Positions 10,581 through 21,300 of a DNA stretch of 64,000 nt are shown here, one piece after another. The stretch comes from Candidatus Latescibacterota bacterium (GTDB taxonomy: Bacteria; Latescibacterota; CBDEFO01). The notes under the pieces were generated by a model that did not search any database, was not told the origin of the DNA, and saw only the letters and a list, made by a program, of their open reading frames with translations. How positions within the stretch are numbered: the stretch's first letter is position 1; the number at the start of each line of letters is the position of its first letter. Made by a program: the position numbers and the translations under genes. The stretch lies in assembly GCA_965248755.1 (NCBI GenBank), contig OZ252149.1, forward strand, positions 3,808,001-3,872,000. The letters are read 5' to 3'.

Positions 10581-11741
10581 ATGAAAATATGTATCTTGAC
10601 TCTGGGACACAGCCCGTTCGACAGCAGGATTTTCTACAAGGAGGTTTTGTCGCTTGTAAAGGTCTATAAGGATATTACGCTTGCGGTGTGTTGGGGGGAA
10701 GATCGGGCGGTCAAGAAAGAAGATGTACAGGGTGTAAATGTTGTGCAAATGGAAGGGGGCACTGGGTTTTTGGGGAGGATGTCGCGCCTGTGGAGGTTGT
10801 ACAGCTTTGGGAAAAGAGAAAGAGCAGATATGTATCATGTACACGATTTTGAGCTGCTTGCCATAGGATTAGGGCTGAAGGTCTTTGGCAAATGCAGTTT
10901 AATTTACGACGCTCATGAGCATCAGCCTGACAGGATGAGGGACTCTGAAAAGATACCGAGGGGCTTACATTGTCTGTTGGCTTTTCTAGTAGATATTGTG
11001 GAGAGCGCGCTTAGTCGGTTTGCAGATTTTATCATCGCGGCGGACAAGGTTCTATGGAAAAGATACAGGAAATTTAATAGAAATGTCGTCCAAGTGGGGA
11101 ATCTTCCGCGGCTTGAGCTGTTTAGAGAGAATGGGAATGCCCTATCGGACTTGAAGAGCAAGTATGAAGGTTACGAGGTAGTTATATATGTAGGGGCGAT
11201 CCACAGGCCAAGGGGAGCCGTAAAGTTAGTGGAGGCTATAAGAGAGGTTAAGCGGGAAATTGAGAACATAAAGCTTCTGTTCGTGGGGCCACTAAGAGAC
11301 GCTGAGTGCAAAAGGGAAATGGAGAGATTAATCAAGGAGAACGAACTTGATGATAATGTGGAGCTTGCCGGGGTCGTGGATCACACAGAAGTGGCCGATT
11401 ACATAAGGGTGTCGAAGGTGGGAATGGCCACGCTTCTGCCGATCCCCAAGTTCTTTAAGAACGTTCCGACAAAACAGTTTGAGTACGCAGCGTGCGGGAT
11501 TCCGATTGTGGGGAGCAAGCTGCCACCTATCGAGGAGTTCGTGTCCAAGGAAGGTTGTGGAGTCGTGGTGAATCCCACAGAGCCGAAGGAGATCGCAGCT
11601 GCGATCTGTCATCTATTAGAAGATCGCAAAGAGGCTAAAAGGATGGGAGACAGAGGAAGGAAGGCTGTGGAGAAAAGGTATAATTGGGGAAGGATGGAGG
11701 GAAGACTCCTGGATGTATACTCTAAACTGGAGAGAAGATAA
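10581..11741 (+). CDS. Glycosyltransferase family 4
   Basis: D.RIF.KE, YDAHE, PTKQFEYAACG. Confidence 0.9.
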   Translation: MKICILTLGHSPFDSRIFYKEVLSLVKVYKDITLAVCWGEDRAVKKEDVQGVNVVQMEGGTGFLGRMSRLWRLYSFGKRERADMYHVHDFELLAIGLGLKVFGKCSLIYDAHEHQPDRMRDSEKIPRGLHCLLAFLVDIVESALSRFADFIIAADKVLWKRYRKFNRNVVQVGNLPRLELFRENGNALSDLKSKYEGYEVVIYVGAIHRPRGAVKLVEAIREVKREIENIKLLFVGPLRDAECKREMERLIKENELDDNVELAGVVDHTEVADYIRVSKVGMATLLPIPKFFKNVPTKQFEYAACGIPIVGSKLPPIEEFVSKEGCGVVVNPTEPKEIAAAICHLLEDRKEAKRMGDRGRKAVEKRYNWGRMEGRLLDVYSKLERR

Positions 11742-11744
11742 GAT

Positions 11745-13466
11745 ATGGTAGTATTGGGTATACATGGCTGGTCTGTTGACAATCGTGAGCTGATTCACGA
11801 TGCTGGGGCTGTGTTGATCGTAGATGGGGTGGTGAGGGCGGCTGTGAACGAGGAGCGCCTGACCAGGAACAAGAACGAGGGGCGTTTCCCCCTGAATTCA
11901 ATTGACCAAGTACTGAAGATGGAAGGGATCCAGCCATCGGATGTTGACGTGGTGGCTCTCAGTGGGTTAAATTGCAAAGATAGGGCTGTGAGGACCTTAA
12001 GATACTGCACAGATACGTTCATAAGGTCTAGGATCCCCCTTCCGAGGCGGATTGGGGGAGCGGTAAGAAATTTGATTTTAAACAGGAAGAGAAGACTACC
12101 CGGGGAGTTAGAGAACAAGAAGATCGTGTTTGTAGAGCATCATCTATCTCACGCTTCAAGCGCATATTATACCTGCCCCTGGGATGAAGCTTTGATCGTG
12201 ACGGTGGACGGGGTCGGAGATGAGCTTTGCGCAACTGTGAGTCTGGGTGCCGATGGGAACATCAGAAGGTTGATGGAGTGCAACGGTCACCATTCTCCGG
12301 GGATATTTTACAGTGCGATTACTTTAGGGCTTGGGTTTAAGAGGAATCGGCACGAAGTGAAGATCACAGGTCTTGCGGCCTACGGCGACCCTGATGTATG
12401 CAGGAATAGCTTCAACGGTGTGGTTATCTATAGAGACGGGGAGTTCCATTCTCGTGAGGTGCCGCTGCTCTTCAGGGATCTGAATAAGAATACGGAGTTT
12501 TTTACCAATCTGGCCAATTCGTATAAAAGAGAGGACGTGGCAGCTTCGGCTCAACGGGTTATTGAAGACGTTGTGTTAGGGTTGATAGGGGATGCCCTTG
12601 CCCGGACGAAAGTGTCGAACGTGTCGAATGTAGTCCTAACCGGGGGCGTGTTCGCAAATGTCAGGCTGAACCAGAAAATTATGGAGACAGAGGGTGTGGA
12701 TAATGTCTACGTGCATCCGAATATGGGAGATGGGGGACTGGCTATGGGAGCTGGCTTATGGGCTTACGTTCAGGAGAATAAAAAGGCTTACGTTCAGGAG
12801 AATAAAAAGAAGACTTTTCCCAGGTTTCTGGAGACGGTCTATCTGGGCCCTGAGTGGGGGGACAGGGAGTTGGAGCGGGCTCTTGAAAGGAGCGGGCTTA
12901 ATTATCGGCACTGTGAGGATGTGGAACAGGCGACGGCTGAATGGCTAGTCCGAGGGAAGATTGTGGGGAGATTTTCCGGCAGGATGGAATATGGTCCGAG
13001 GGCTTTGGGGAACAGATCCATTCTGGCAAGTCCTGTGGATACCACGATAAATAACTGGTTAAACAAGAGGCTGAATAGGACGGAGTTTATGCCCTTTGCT
13101 CCGAGCACGCTCGAGGAGAGGGCGGGGGAGTTTTACATCGGTTGGAATAAGGATCATGTGGCGTCAAGATTCATGACGATAACCTATGATGTTACAGCAA
13201 GGGGCAGGGAGCTTGCGCCTGCTGTGGTACACGTGGACGGGACCGCAAGGCCCCACGTGGTGAGAGAAGTTGATAATCCCAAGTATTACAGGATCATCAA
13301 ATTGTTTGAGCAAGAAACAGGGATTCCATCTATTGTAAATACGAGTTTCAATATGCACGAGGAGCCGATCGTGTGCTCTCCCCAAGATGTGATAAGGGCT
13401 TTCAAGGATGGTAGCGTGGATGTCCTGACGATGAATAATTTCGTGGTGGAAAACCTGAGTCAGTAG
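11745..13466 (+). CDS. Carbamoyltransferase (NodU/CmcH family)
   Basis: HDAGA, EERLTR.K, EHH..HA, DGVGD, EYGPRALGNRS, VHVDGTARP, NTSFN. Confidence 0.92.
   Translation: MVVLGIHGWSVDNRELIHDAGAVLIVDGVVRAAVNEERLTRNKNEGRFPLNSIDQVLKMEGIQPSDVDVVALSGLNCKDRAVRTLRYCTDTFIRSRIPLPRRIGGAVRNLILNRKRRLPGELENKKIVFVEHHLSHASSAYYTCPWDEALIVTVDGVGDELCATVSLGADGNIRRLMECNGHHSPGIFYSAITLGLGFKRNRHEVKITGLAAYGDPDVCRNSFNGVVIYRDGEFHSREVPLLFRDLNKNTEFFTNLANSYKREDVAASAQRVIEDVVLGLIGDALARTKVSNVSNVVLTGGVFANVRLNQKIMETEGVDNVYVHPNMGDGGLAMGAGLWAYVQENKKAYVQENKKKTFPRFLETVYLGPEWGDRELERALERSGLNYRHCEDVEQATAEWLVRGKIVGRFSGRMEYGPRALGNRSILASPVDTTINNWLNKRLNRTEFMPFAPSTLEERAGEFYIGWNKDHVASRFMTITYDVTARGRELAPAVVHVDGTARPHVVREVDNPKYYRIIKLFEQETGIPSIVNTSFNMHEEPIVCSPQDVIRAFKDGSVDVLTMNNFVVENLSQ
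12761..12808 (+). repeat. Perfect 24-bp tandem duplication (AYVQENKK x2) in carbamoyltransferase
   Basis: ggcttacgttcaggagaataaaaa repeated twice. Confidence 0.95.
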
Positions 13467-13657
13467 CAGTAGACGGGCACCGCCTTGCCATAAACTGTCA
13501 TTGAAGAAAAGGGCACCTTGAAAAGTATTGAATAACTTTATAGAAAAAATCCCAGCAATCTATGAGTTTGCTTCGCGTATCATCCCTTTATATGACTCAT
13601 CGCAAGTGCGGACGATTACAGAGGGCCTCGATAGTTAGTAGACTGTGTCAATTGCCA

Positions 13658-13693
13658 CCCCCGCCCCCGATTGAATATATCGGGGTCAATCGG
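13658..13693. repeat. 23-bp palindromic element, nested copy
   Basis: cccccg-[cccccgattgaatatatcgggg]-tcaatcgg. Confidence 0.8.
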
Positions 13694-13777
13694 TCGATGG
13701 AAGAAATCTCTTAAGTGGGCAGCTGACAGGAGATAGTAGACAGAGATTGCAGCTTTTTTCATCTCCCCTATTGTGCT

Positions 13778-14578
13778 GTGGTTATGATGACTTCTGATAA
13801 AAAGGAGAGATTACGGGCTGAGGAGGGCTTCTCCCTTGAGGCGGATATGAGGAGGAGGTATGAGAGGGGTTTTTACAAGGGTAAAATGCGTCAGGTGGTA
13901 TTTGACTATCTTTCTTCGATAGTTGGGAATTTAAAGGATATGAGAGTGCTGGACTACGGCTGTGGCGATGGGAAGCTCGGACTGTCACTGGCAGATGGGG
14001 GAGCAGGGATCGTGATAGGGGTTGACCTTTCAGCTCACAGGCTGGATGAGGCTGCAAGGAAAGCGGCGTGCGCGGGTTTGAACGGCAGGATGGCGTTCTT
14101 CAGGATGGATTCTGAGGTATTAGCTTTTAAGGACGGGTCTTTTGATCTGGTTGTAGGGTCTGGAATCCTGCATCATCTGGACACAGAAAGCGCGGCAGCG
14201 GAGATAAGGAGAGTCTTGAAAGACGGTGGGAAAGCGGCATTTATGGAGGCTATGGGACATAATCTACTTGTAAATCTCTACAGGCGGTTGACTCCATGGG
14301 CAAGGACTCAAGACGAGCATCCACTGGTCATGGACGACATACGTGTTATGGAAGGATATTTAGGGAAGGTCAGCCTAAAGGGGTTCCATCTTTTTACCCT
14401 CTTTCCGATGTTCTTAAGGGCATTAACAAGGAGCGATGGAATATTCGATCGGATATTTGGTCCCTTTTATCGCCTGGATCAGTGGCTCTTTGAGAGGTTT
14501 CTGTTTTTGGAGCGCAACTGCTGGATTTGTGTGATCGCTGCCCAGAAAGAGAGGCAAGACTCGGATGGGATCAAGTAA
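13778..14578 (+). CDS. Class I SAM-dependent methyltransferase
   Basis: LDYGCGDG, FD.V.G..ILHH. Confidence 0.85.
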   Translation: MVMMTSDKKERLRAEEGFSLEADMRRRYERGFYKGKMRQVVFDYLSSIVGNLKDMRVLDYGCGDGKLGLSLADGGAGIVIGVDLSAHRLDEAARKAACAGLNGRMAFFRMDSEVLAFKDGSFDLVVGSGILHHLDTESAAAEIRRVLKDGGKAAFMEAMGHNLLVNLYRRLTPWARTQDEHPLVMDDIRVMEGYLGKVSLKGFHLFTLFPMFLRALTRSDGIFDRIFGPFYRLDQWLFERFLFLERNCWICVIAAQKERQDSDGIK

Positions 14579-15587
14579 AATTTTTGTGTCTATTGTGATT
14601 CCTATGCGAAACGAGGAGTCTTATATAGGAGAGTGTCTGGATTCTCTTTTGAGTCAGGATTACCCAAAGGACTTGTATGAAGTGATCGTGGCCGATGGCA
14701 TGTCCGACGACGGGTCGAGGGAAATTGTGCTAGAGCATGCGCAGAAGAACGGAAATATCAAATTAGTGGAAAATAAGGATCAGATCACACCGATGGGGCT
14801 AAATGCAGCGGTGAAGGCAGCCGCTGGAGATGTAATAAATTATCTGGTCTCGCACAGTTATGTGCCAGAAAACTATATAAGCCAGGTTGTAGAGCATTTG
14901 GGGAAAACCGATGCTGACTGTATAGCCCCAAGCGTTATAGCTATGGGAAAGACGTTTAAGGCCAGTGCGATAGCTTTAGCTATGCGGTCAAAGTTCGGTG
15001 TGGGAAATTCTCCTTGCAGGATAGCAAGGAAATCGGGATATGTGGATACCGGGTGGTTCGGGACGTACAGGAAAGAGGTGTTCGACAGGATAGGGTACTA
15101 TGATAATGACTTGATAAGGAACCAGGACTACGAGTTCAACAGGAGATTGATAAATTCCGGTGGTAAGATCTTTCTGGTTTCACAGATAAAGGCTTACTAT
15201 TACTCCAGGGATACGCTCTGGAAGCTGTTCAAGCAGTATTTCGGTTACGGATACTGGAAGTTAGATGCCTTAAAGAAGCTTTCGGGAGCCTTCTTGTTCA
15301 GGTTTCAGATCCCTGTGCTTTTTGTATTGAGCTTGGTGATTTTGGGGATTTTAGGCTTTTTCAGTAAGACAATGTTCATTTTGTTTCATTCTTTGTTGTT
15401 AGTCTACGTATTGGCTCTTCTGGGAACCAGCTTTCTGGTGTGTTTTAGAGAGAGGGACCTCAGGTATTTCCCAGTGCTCCCGCTTGCTTTTATGGCTCTG
15501 CACTTTGGATTCGGTCTGGGATTTGGTTACTCTCTTTTAAAACATGGAATAGGAAAGCTCAAGAACATCTTGAGGAGTGGAAAATAG
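14565..15587 (+). CDS. Glycosyltransferase family 2 (ExoA-like)
   Basis: IP.RNEE, DG.SDDG, RNQDYE, C-terminal TM helices. Confidence 0.88.
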   Translation: MGSSKIFVSIVIPMRNEESYIGECLDSLLSQDYPKDLYEVIVADGMSDDGSREIVLEHAQKNGNIKLVENKDQITPMGLNAAVKAAAGDVINYLVSHSYVPENYISQVVEHLGKTDADCIAPSVIAMGKTFKASAIALAMRSKFGVGNSPCRIARKSGYVDTGWFGTYRKEVFDRIGYYDNDLIRNQDYEFNRRLINSGGKIFLVSQIKAYYYSRDTLWKLFKQYFGYGYWKLDALKKLSGAFLFRFQIPVLFVLSLVILGILGFFSKTMFILFHSLLLVYVLALLGTSFLVCFRERDLRYFPVLPLAFMALHFGFGLGFGYSLLKHGIGKLKNILRSGK

Positions 15588-15674
15588 GGGTTTTCGGAAT
15601 TCTTTAAGAATATGTCTGGAAGGATACTTGAGGATTCTGCAGTTGTAGTGTGAAAAGATCGGTTATCCCTGATC

Positions 15675-15720
15675 TCCCCGACCCCCGATAGAGTCAATCG
15701 GGGGTAGACTCTATCGGGGA
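15675..15720. repeat. 23-bp palindromic element, nested copy
   Basis: tccccga-[cccccgatagagtcaatcggggg]-tagactctatcgggga. Confidence 0.9.
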
Positions 15721-15761
15721 CTGACCTTTCAAATGCGGTTCAATGACCAGGGAGGAGGACT

Positions 15762-17168
15762 GTGACTAAGTTTTGGGAGACCTTTTTCACCCTTGTAGCT
15801 GATATATGTGCGGTAAATCTATCTTTCCTTTTTGCTCATTGGATGGCTTTTAAGAGTGGGTTTGGAGGGAATAGGGAGCCGTTTTGGCTTTCCGAGTCGT
15901 GGGACGTTGCTGTGGCCCTTTCCTGCTACTGGATCTTTTTGTTGTTCTTTTTCGGGCTCTACAGATCGTGGAAGTATCAGTCGAGGTTAGATGAGATCGT
16001 CTCTGTAAGCAAGGCGGTGTTGTTCGGGGTACTGTTAGCCTTTGCAGTGACGTTTGAGTCAGACAATCCGGATCCCCTGCCCAGAACAAGGGTAGTGTTG
16101 TTCTCATATATGGCGTTTATGGTAGGGGCTGTAAGTGTGGGAAGGCTGGCGATTGCGAGTTTCCAGAGGTGTCTTCTGAATAAGGGGATAGGCACCAGAA
16201 GGTCGGTAATAGTCGGCAGAGGGAAAAGGGGAAGAAACCTCCTTGCCGATGTTCGATCCTTTCCTGCTCTGGGATATCACGTAATGGGCTTTGTTGCCGG
16301 ACATAATGAGGAAGGAAGCGGTGATCTGATAGACGGTGTTCCTGTCCTTGGAAAGATGGAAAGACTGCCGGAGATTATAAGCGACTATAAGATAGAGGAG
16401 GTGCTGATAGTAGGGTCGGAGTCCAGAGATGAGGCCCTGGAGATCGTCTCTTCGTGCGACGGATCTCCCGTGAAGATGAGCATAGTTCCTGATCTGTACG
16501 ATATTATGAGCGGACACGCCAGAACGAATCAGCTTTACGGTTTTCCACTAATGGAACTCCTGCCGGAGCTGATGCCGGCATGGGAGAAGAAGGCAAAAAG
16601 GATTTTAGATATATTGGTGTCTGTGGTATTCTTGGTGGGTTTTGCCCCGCTGTGGGTTATCATAGCTGTCTTGATCAAGCTGGATTCTAAGGGGCCTGTG
16701 TTTTTCAGCCAAAAGAGGGTCGGCAAAGGAGGGAAAATATTTACTACTTACAAGTTCCGGTCTATGGTGGAGGGAGCAGAGAGTATGACAGGTCCGGTAT
16801 GGGCAAAGAAAGATGATCCTCGCGTGACACGGATAGGGAGAGTATTAAGGAAGATGAGGTTAGATGAGATCCCTCAGTTCCTGAACGTTTTGGACGGGGA
16901 TATGAGCTTTGTCGGACCGAGACCAGAAAGGCCGTTCTTTGTGGAACAATTGAAAAAGGAGGTCTCCTTATATAGTAAGCGCCTGAACGTGCAGCCGGGA
17001 ATAACAGGGTGGGCGCAGATCAAGCACACCTATGACAGGAACCTGAACGACGTGGTGGAGAAGCTAAAATACGATCTCTATTACATTGAGAACATGTCTT
17101 TGAGAATGGATCTGAAGATTCTGTTAAGGACGATATGGGTTATGTTAAGGAGGAAAGGGGCACATTAG
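15762..17168 (+). CDS. Undecaprenyl-phosphate sugar phosphotransferase (WcaJ/WbaP-type priming transferase)
   Basis: KFRSM, DDPRVT, LDEIPQ, VGPRPE, PGITGWAQ. Confidence 0.92.
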   Translation: MTKFWETFFTLVADICAVNLSFLFAHWMAFKSGFGGNREPFWLSESWDVAVALSCYWIFLLFFFGLYRSWKYQSRLDEIVSVSKAVLFGVLLAFAVTFESDNPDPLPRTRVVLFSYMAFMVGAVSVGRLAIASFQRCLLNKGIGTRRSVIVGRGKRGRNLLADVRSFPALGYHVMGFVAGHNEEGSGDLIDGVPVLGKMERLPEIISDYKIEEVLIVGSESRDEALEIVSSCDGSPVKMSIVPDLYDIMSGHARTNQLYGFPLMELLPELMPAWEKKAKRILDILVSVVFLVGFAPLWVIIAVLIKLDSKGPVFFSQKRVGKGGKIFTTYKFRSMVEGAESMTGPVWAKKDDPRVTRIGRVLRKMRLDEIPQFLNVLDGDMSFVGPRPERPFFVEQLKKEVSLYSKRLNVQPGITGWAQIKHTYDRNLNDVVEKLKYDLYYIENMSLRMDLKILLRTIWVMLRRKGAH

Positions 17169-17274
17169 ACATAAGTAGAGAGTAAACAGTAAATAGCGTG
17201 GAGGTCATCCCTTCCTCTTCCCGTCTGCTTCCCACTGTTTACTTTCCTGCTGTGTTAAGAAAGATTACTAAAAA

Positions 17275-18204
17275 ATGCTAAGTAAGTTCATAGACGCTTT
17301 GAAAAATGGTTTAGAAAAGACCAGAAATAACGTCTTCGGGAAAATTGCGGGCGTAGTGCAGCGGAAGTACGGAATTGATGACGAGATGTTGGATGAAATA
17401 GAGGAGATCTTGATAGGCGCGGATATGGGTGTAGAAACGAGCCTGAAGGTCATTGAGACTGTAAAAGAGAAGGTCAAAGAGAGGAAGTTGGGGAATAGTC
17501 CCGAGATGATCAGTCCGCTCTTGAGGGAGACGATTGTAGATATTCTGGATCGCTCTAATAATAAGGATAATGAGGTCAAACCGGAGGCAATGAAGCCATT
17601 CGTAGTGTTGGTGGTGGGCGTGAACGGTGTGGGCAAGACCACAACAATAGGGAAGCTATCTGAGCAGTACAGAAATCAGGGAAAGAAGGTTATGGTCGCG
17701 GCGTGTGACACGTTTCGCGCCGCAGCGATTGAGCAGCTGGAGGTCTGGGCAAAGAGAACGAAGGCGGACCTGGTGAAGCATCAGATGGGAGCAGACGCTG
17801 CGTCCGTTGCATTCGATGCATTAAATGCTGCAGTGGCAAGGGATGTGGACGTTCTGATCATCGATACCGCAGGGCGACTTCATACCAAGATAAATCTAAT
17901 GGAGGAGCTGAAGAAGATAAAGCGCACTTTAGAAAGGAAAATGGAGGGTGCTCCGCACGAGACGCTCCTTGTTCTGGATGCGACAACGGGTCAAAATGCA
18001 ATTGCGCAAGTATCTCAATTCGACAAAGATATTCAACTGACCGGGATGATATTGGCAAAGTTAGATGGGACAGCCAAGGGAGGGATAGTTGTGGCTGTGG
18101 CAGATAAGTTCAATATCCCTCTGAAAATGATAGGGATAGGTGAAAAACTGGACGATCTGAGGGACTTCGACAGAGAGGAGTTCGCAGAGGCGTTGTTTGG
18201 GTAA
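17275..18204 (+). CDS. ftsY: Signal recognition particle receptor FtsY
   Basis: GVNGVGKTTT, DTFRAAA, DTAGR, KLDGTAKGG. Confidence 0.97.
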   Translation: MLSKFIDALKNGLEKTRNNVFGKIAGVVQRKYGIDDEMLDEIEEILIGADMGVETSLKVIETVKEKVKERKLGNSPEMISPLLRETIVDILDRSNNKDNEVKPEAMKPFVVLVVGVNGVGKTTTIGKLSEQYRNQGKKVMVAACDTFRAAAIEQLEVWAKRTKADLVKHQMGADAASVAFDALNAAVARDVDVLIIDTAGRLHTKINLMEELKKIKRTLERKMEGAPHETLLVLDATTGQNAIAQVSQFDKDIQLTGMILAKLDGTAKGGIVVAVADKFNIPLKMIGIGEKLDDLRDFDREEFAEALFG

Positions 18205-18243
18205 AATTGCAGGAGGAGGGTAGTGACCTGTTTACTGTCTTTT

Positions 18244-18344
18244 GAGATCGCTTCCCCCCGATAGATTCAATCGGGGGTCGCTGGCAATGACTATCTGTTT
18301 GAGACCCTTGGTCATTGCCAGGGATGAAATCCTGAAACAATCTC
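18244..18344. repeat. Inverted pair of GAGATTGC...GCAATGAC REP-like units; first unit carries the 23-bp element (18255-18277)
   Basis: gagatcgcttc[cccccgatagattcaatcggggg]tcgctggcaatgac ... gtcattgcc...caatctc. Confidence 0.85.
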
Positions 18345-18382
18345 AAAGGGGGAAGTGGTGCCCTAGACTACTGTCTAGTTAC

Positions 18383-21300
18383 TTAAAAGTCTCTTCCCAC
18401 CGAGAAGTAGTATCTGGGCGAGGACGTGGTGTTCAGGTCGGTTTTCCATCCGACGTCGAATTTGAGAACGAAGAATCCAAGATCGGTTCTGGAACCTACC
18501 CCGTAGCCAGCTATGAGGTCTTCAAGTACTGGGAGACCGTTTTCCGAACGGAATGGACTAAAGGAGCGATCTTTGTCCAAGACTCCTCCTATGTCGAAGA
18601 AAAGAACTCCTTCTATGTTGCGGAAGGAGAAGGGAAGGGGCCATCCGAGCGAGAGTTGCTGTACAAGTGGGAATCGAAATTCTATGTTGGCAAGCCCAAA
18701 GCCATCACCGACGAATTCGAGGAAGTCTGTGCCTCTTAGTGGACCTTCGAAACTGGAAAAGAAGATATCTTTAATTTCAAGGTCTGCAATTTCGCTGCCT
18801 TCGGCAAAGACGGGATTGATCTCGTTGGTGACTCCCCCTAGGAAGAACTGTTGCGGCGTCTTACCGAAGCTCTTTCCACCGGAAAATTTAAGAACGAAGT
18901 TGTAATTCTTGAGAACACGGTAATATTTTCTCCAGTCGAAGGATACGCTGGTAAACCCCAGTCCGTCTTTTTGTATCGGAGGGCTGTATTCGAGTTTGAG
19001 TATAGATCTTGAGCCGTCTATGGGACCGAGCCGTCCGTGCAGCACTGTATCGTTGACGAGGTTAGCTTCGACGACGAAGGCTTTTTTGCTTTCTATCTTT
19101 TCGTTGGTTGTTCCTCTGACGGCCCCTGCAAAGAATCCGCCTCTTACGCTTCGAAAGATCCTTGTGGAGAGCTTCTCCCTGTCTATGGCGATAAACGTGC
19201 CTCCAGCTTCAACTCTCGTGAATTTGCTTGAGGGGCGGGAGGCAATGAAGCTTAAGCCGTAGACCCTGTCTGCAATGAGGCTGCCATCGTTTGAAAAGAA
19301 GAAGCTCCTGGTGTGGAAGAGACTTGCTCCGTAGTCTGTCCTTTTGGGAAGGTAAATGTACGAGGCGAATAGATCGCTGTTTTTGATGGAGAAGTTCAGA
19401 TCGCTTGCAAAGATGAGGCGGTGGTTCCCAAGGACGTCTGTAAAGGATATTTGGGTAAGTCCGCTAAACCCGAAGAAAGAGGAGAATCTGGCGTTTGCAA
19501 CGAATATTTCAGGAGCGAAGTTGAGTTTGTAGTCCTTTTCTTCAGGGTGCTCGGACAATGGCCTATATGTCCCTCTTGTTCCCACGATCGTGTCCTGGTG
19601 AGTTTGGTGGTGAAGGACTTCTGCGGCCAGTTCTTGAGATGTTGCCTCAGGATCGGATTGTAGAGTATCTTGAAGTGCTACCCTTTGCTGGTTAGTCTTT
19701 TGTTCTTTGTTCTGATTCTCCGAAACGTCCTTGTATGTATCCCTTATGAAGAGCGTGGGTTCTATCTCTTCCATATCTTTTTTTTGGGACAGGGGGGATT
19801 TAAGCGTGTAAATGTCATATCCGCCCTTGTGGAAGGATGAAAAGGCTATCCTGTCTCCGTCAGGGGACCAATCGAGGTCCTTTACACTGGTTACGAGGTC
19901 GGTTATGGGATAGATGACTGACGTGTCGAGGTGGGCTATGAAGATGTTTCCTATTCCGGTTCTGTATGAGACGAAGGCGATCTTATCCGATTCGGGGCCC
20001 CAGGTTGGAGAAAGGTCGTCAGATGGATCGCTGGTTATACGTCTCATCTTTGAACCGTCGGGGGTGATGGTGAAAATATCATAGTGTCCATATTTGAATC
20101 CATCTTCCCATACCTGATCGCTGGGTATTGTAGTTTCGTCGGGTCTGTCGGATGAGAAGACAATGTATTTGCCGTCGGGGGACCACTCAAGGTGTTGCTC
20201 GTCGTAGGGATCGTGAGTTATTCTCTTGATGCCATCGTCCTTAAGACTCACAACGTAGATGTCGGATTCACCGTCTTTAAGTCCTGCTACAGCGATCCTG
20301 TGTCCATCAGGGGACCACGTAGGACTGAACATTCCGTCAAGTTCTAATTTGAGCTTTTTGACGACGTCTTTTTTCCTGACCTCCAGTATATAAAGGGCGT
20401 TTCTGTCGCCGCTCTTTGCCGCAAAGGAGATTTTTGTTCCATCCGGAGACCAGGTTATACCGGGGCGCAAAAGGAGCAGGGACTCAAAGTCGTCTTTTTT
20501 TTCGCCTTCGACTAATAGGTCAAGGATCTGACCGTCTATGCCGGACATAAGGTAAATGTCTGAGTAGTCTCTTCTGGTGGACACGAAGGCTATCTTGCCG
20601 CCCTTCGGCGAGAATGAAGGGCCGATGTTGAGGAAGGCTCCTTCTTTTTTGTGATCGGTGAGCTTCTTGGATATCTCTTCGGGATCTTTTCTTTTAGCAA
20701 GTTCCGGCCAGTGTTCTTTTTTAAGTTCCTTGCTCCAAGCTTCGGAAAGTTCGTCCACTGTGATCCCTATGGAGGATTTAAGGGCGGCTTCGACGCTTTT
20801 GGAGGTCTTGAGGTTGGAGAGGAACTCTGTAATCTTCCGATCGCCGTATTCTTGGGCTATGAATCTGAATATGGACTGTCCGCCTTTGTAGGCAAATAGG
20901 CCGCCGTAGATGGACTCTATGTCAGGAAGGTATCCGGATATTGCAGCATCGCGCATGAAGTTGTCTGCCTCCATGTCCCATCCCATGGATAGGTATTCGG
21001 CCAATCCCTCTGCGACCCATAAGGGGGGTTGGGTGGCTTGTCCACTTATAAGGGCGGGAAGGCCCTTCCCGTCGGTAAGCATATCGAACATCACAGCGTG
21101 AGTAAGTTCGTGGTGTATTACGTGCCTGAATTTGCCGTACGAGCCTTCGTAGGGTATGACAACTCTGTTTTGGGCAAATTCTGTGAATCCACCCACCCCT
21201 TCGGTCAGAAGTTCATATATGACGTTGGTTTCAAGGAATCTGTTATGGGAGTTATAGACTATAAGGGGTATTCTGTCGGTGAGAGTATGATCTAACGCTT

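Noticed and set aside
18242..18739. 165-aa plus-strand ORF starting MRSLPPDRFNRG
   Set aside because: It starts in repeat DNA and lies antisense to the Omp85 gene; a shadow ORF.
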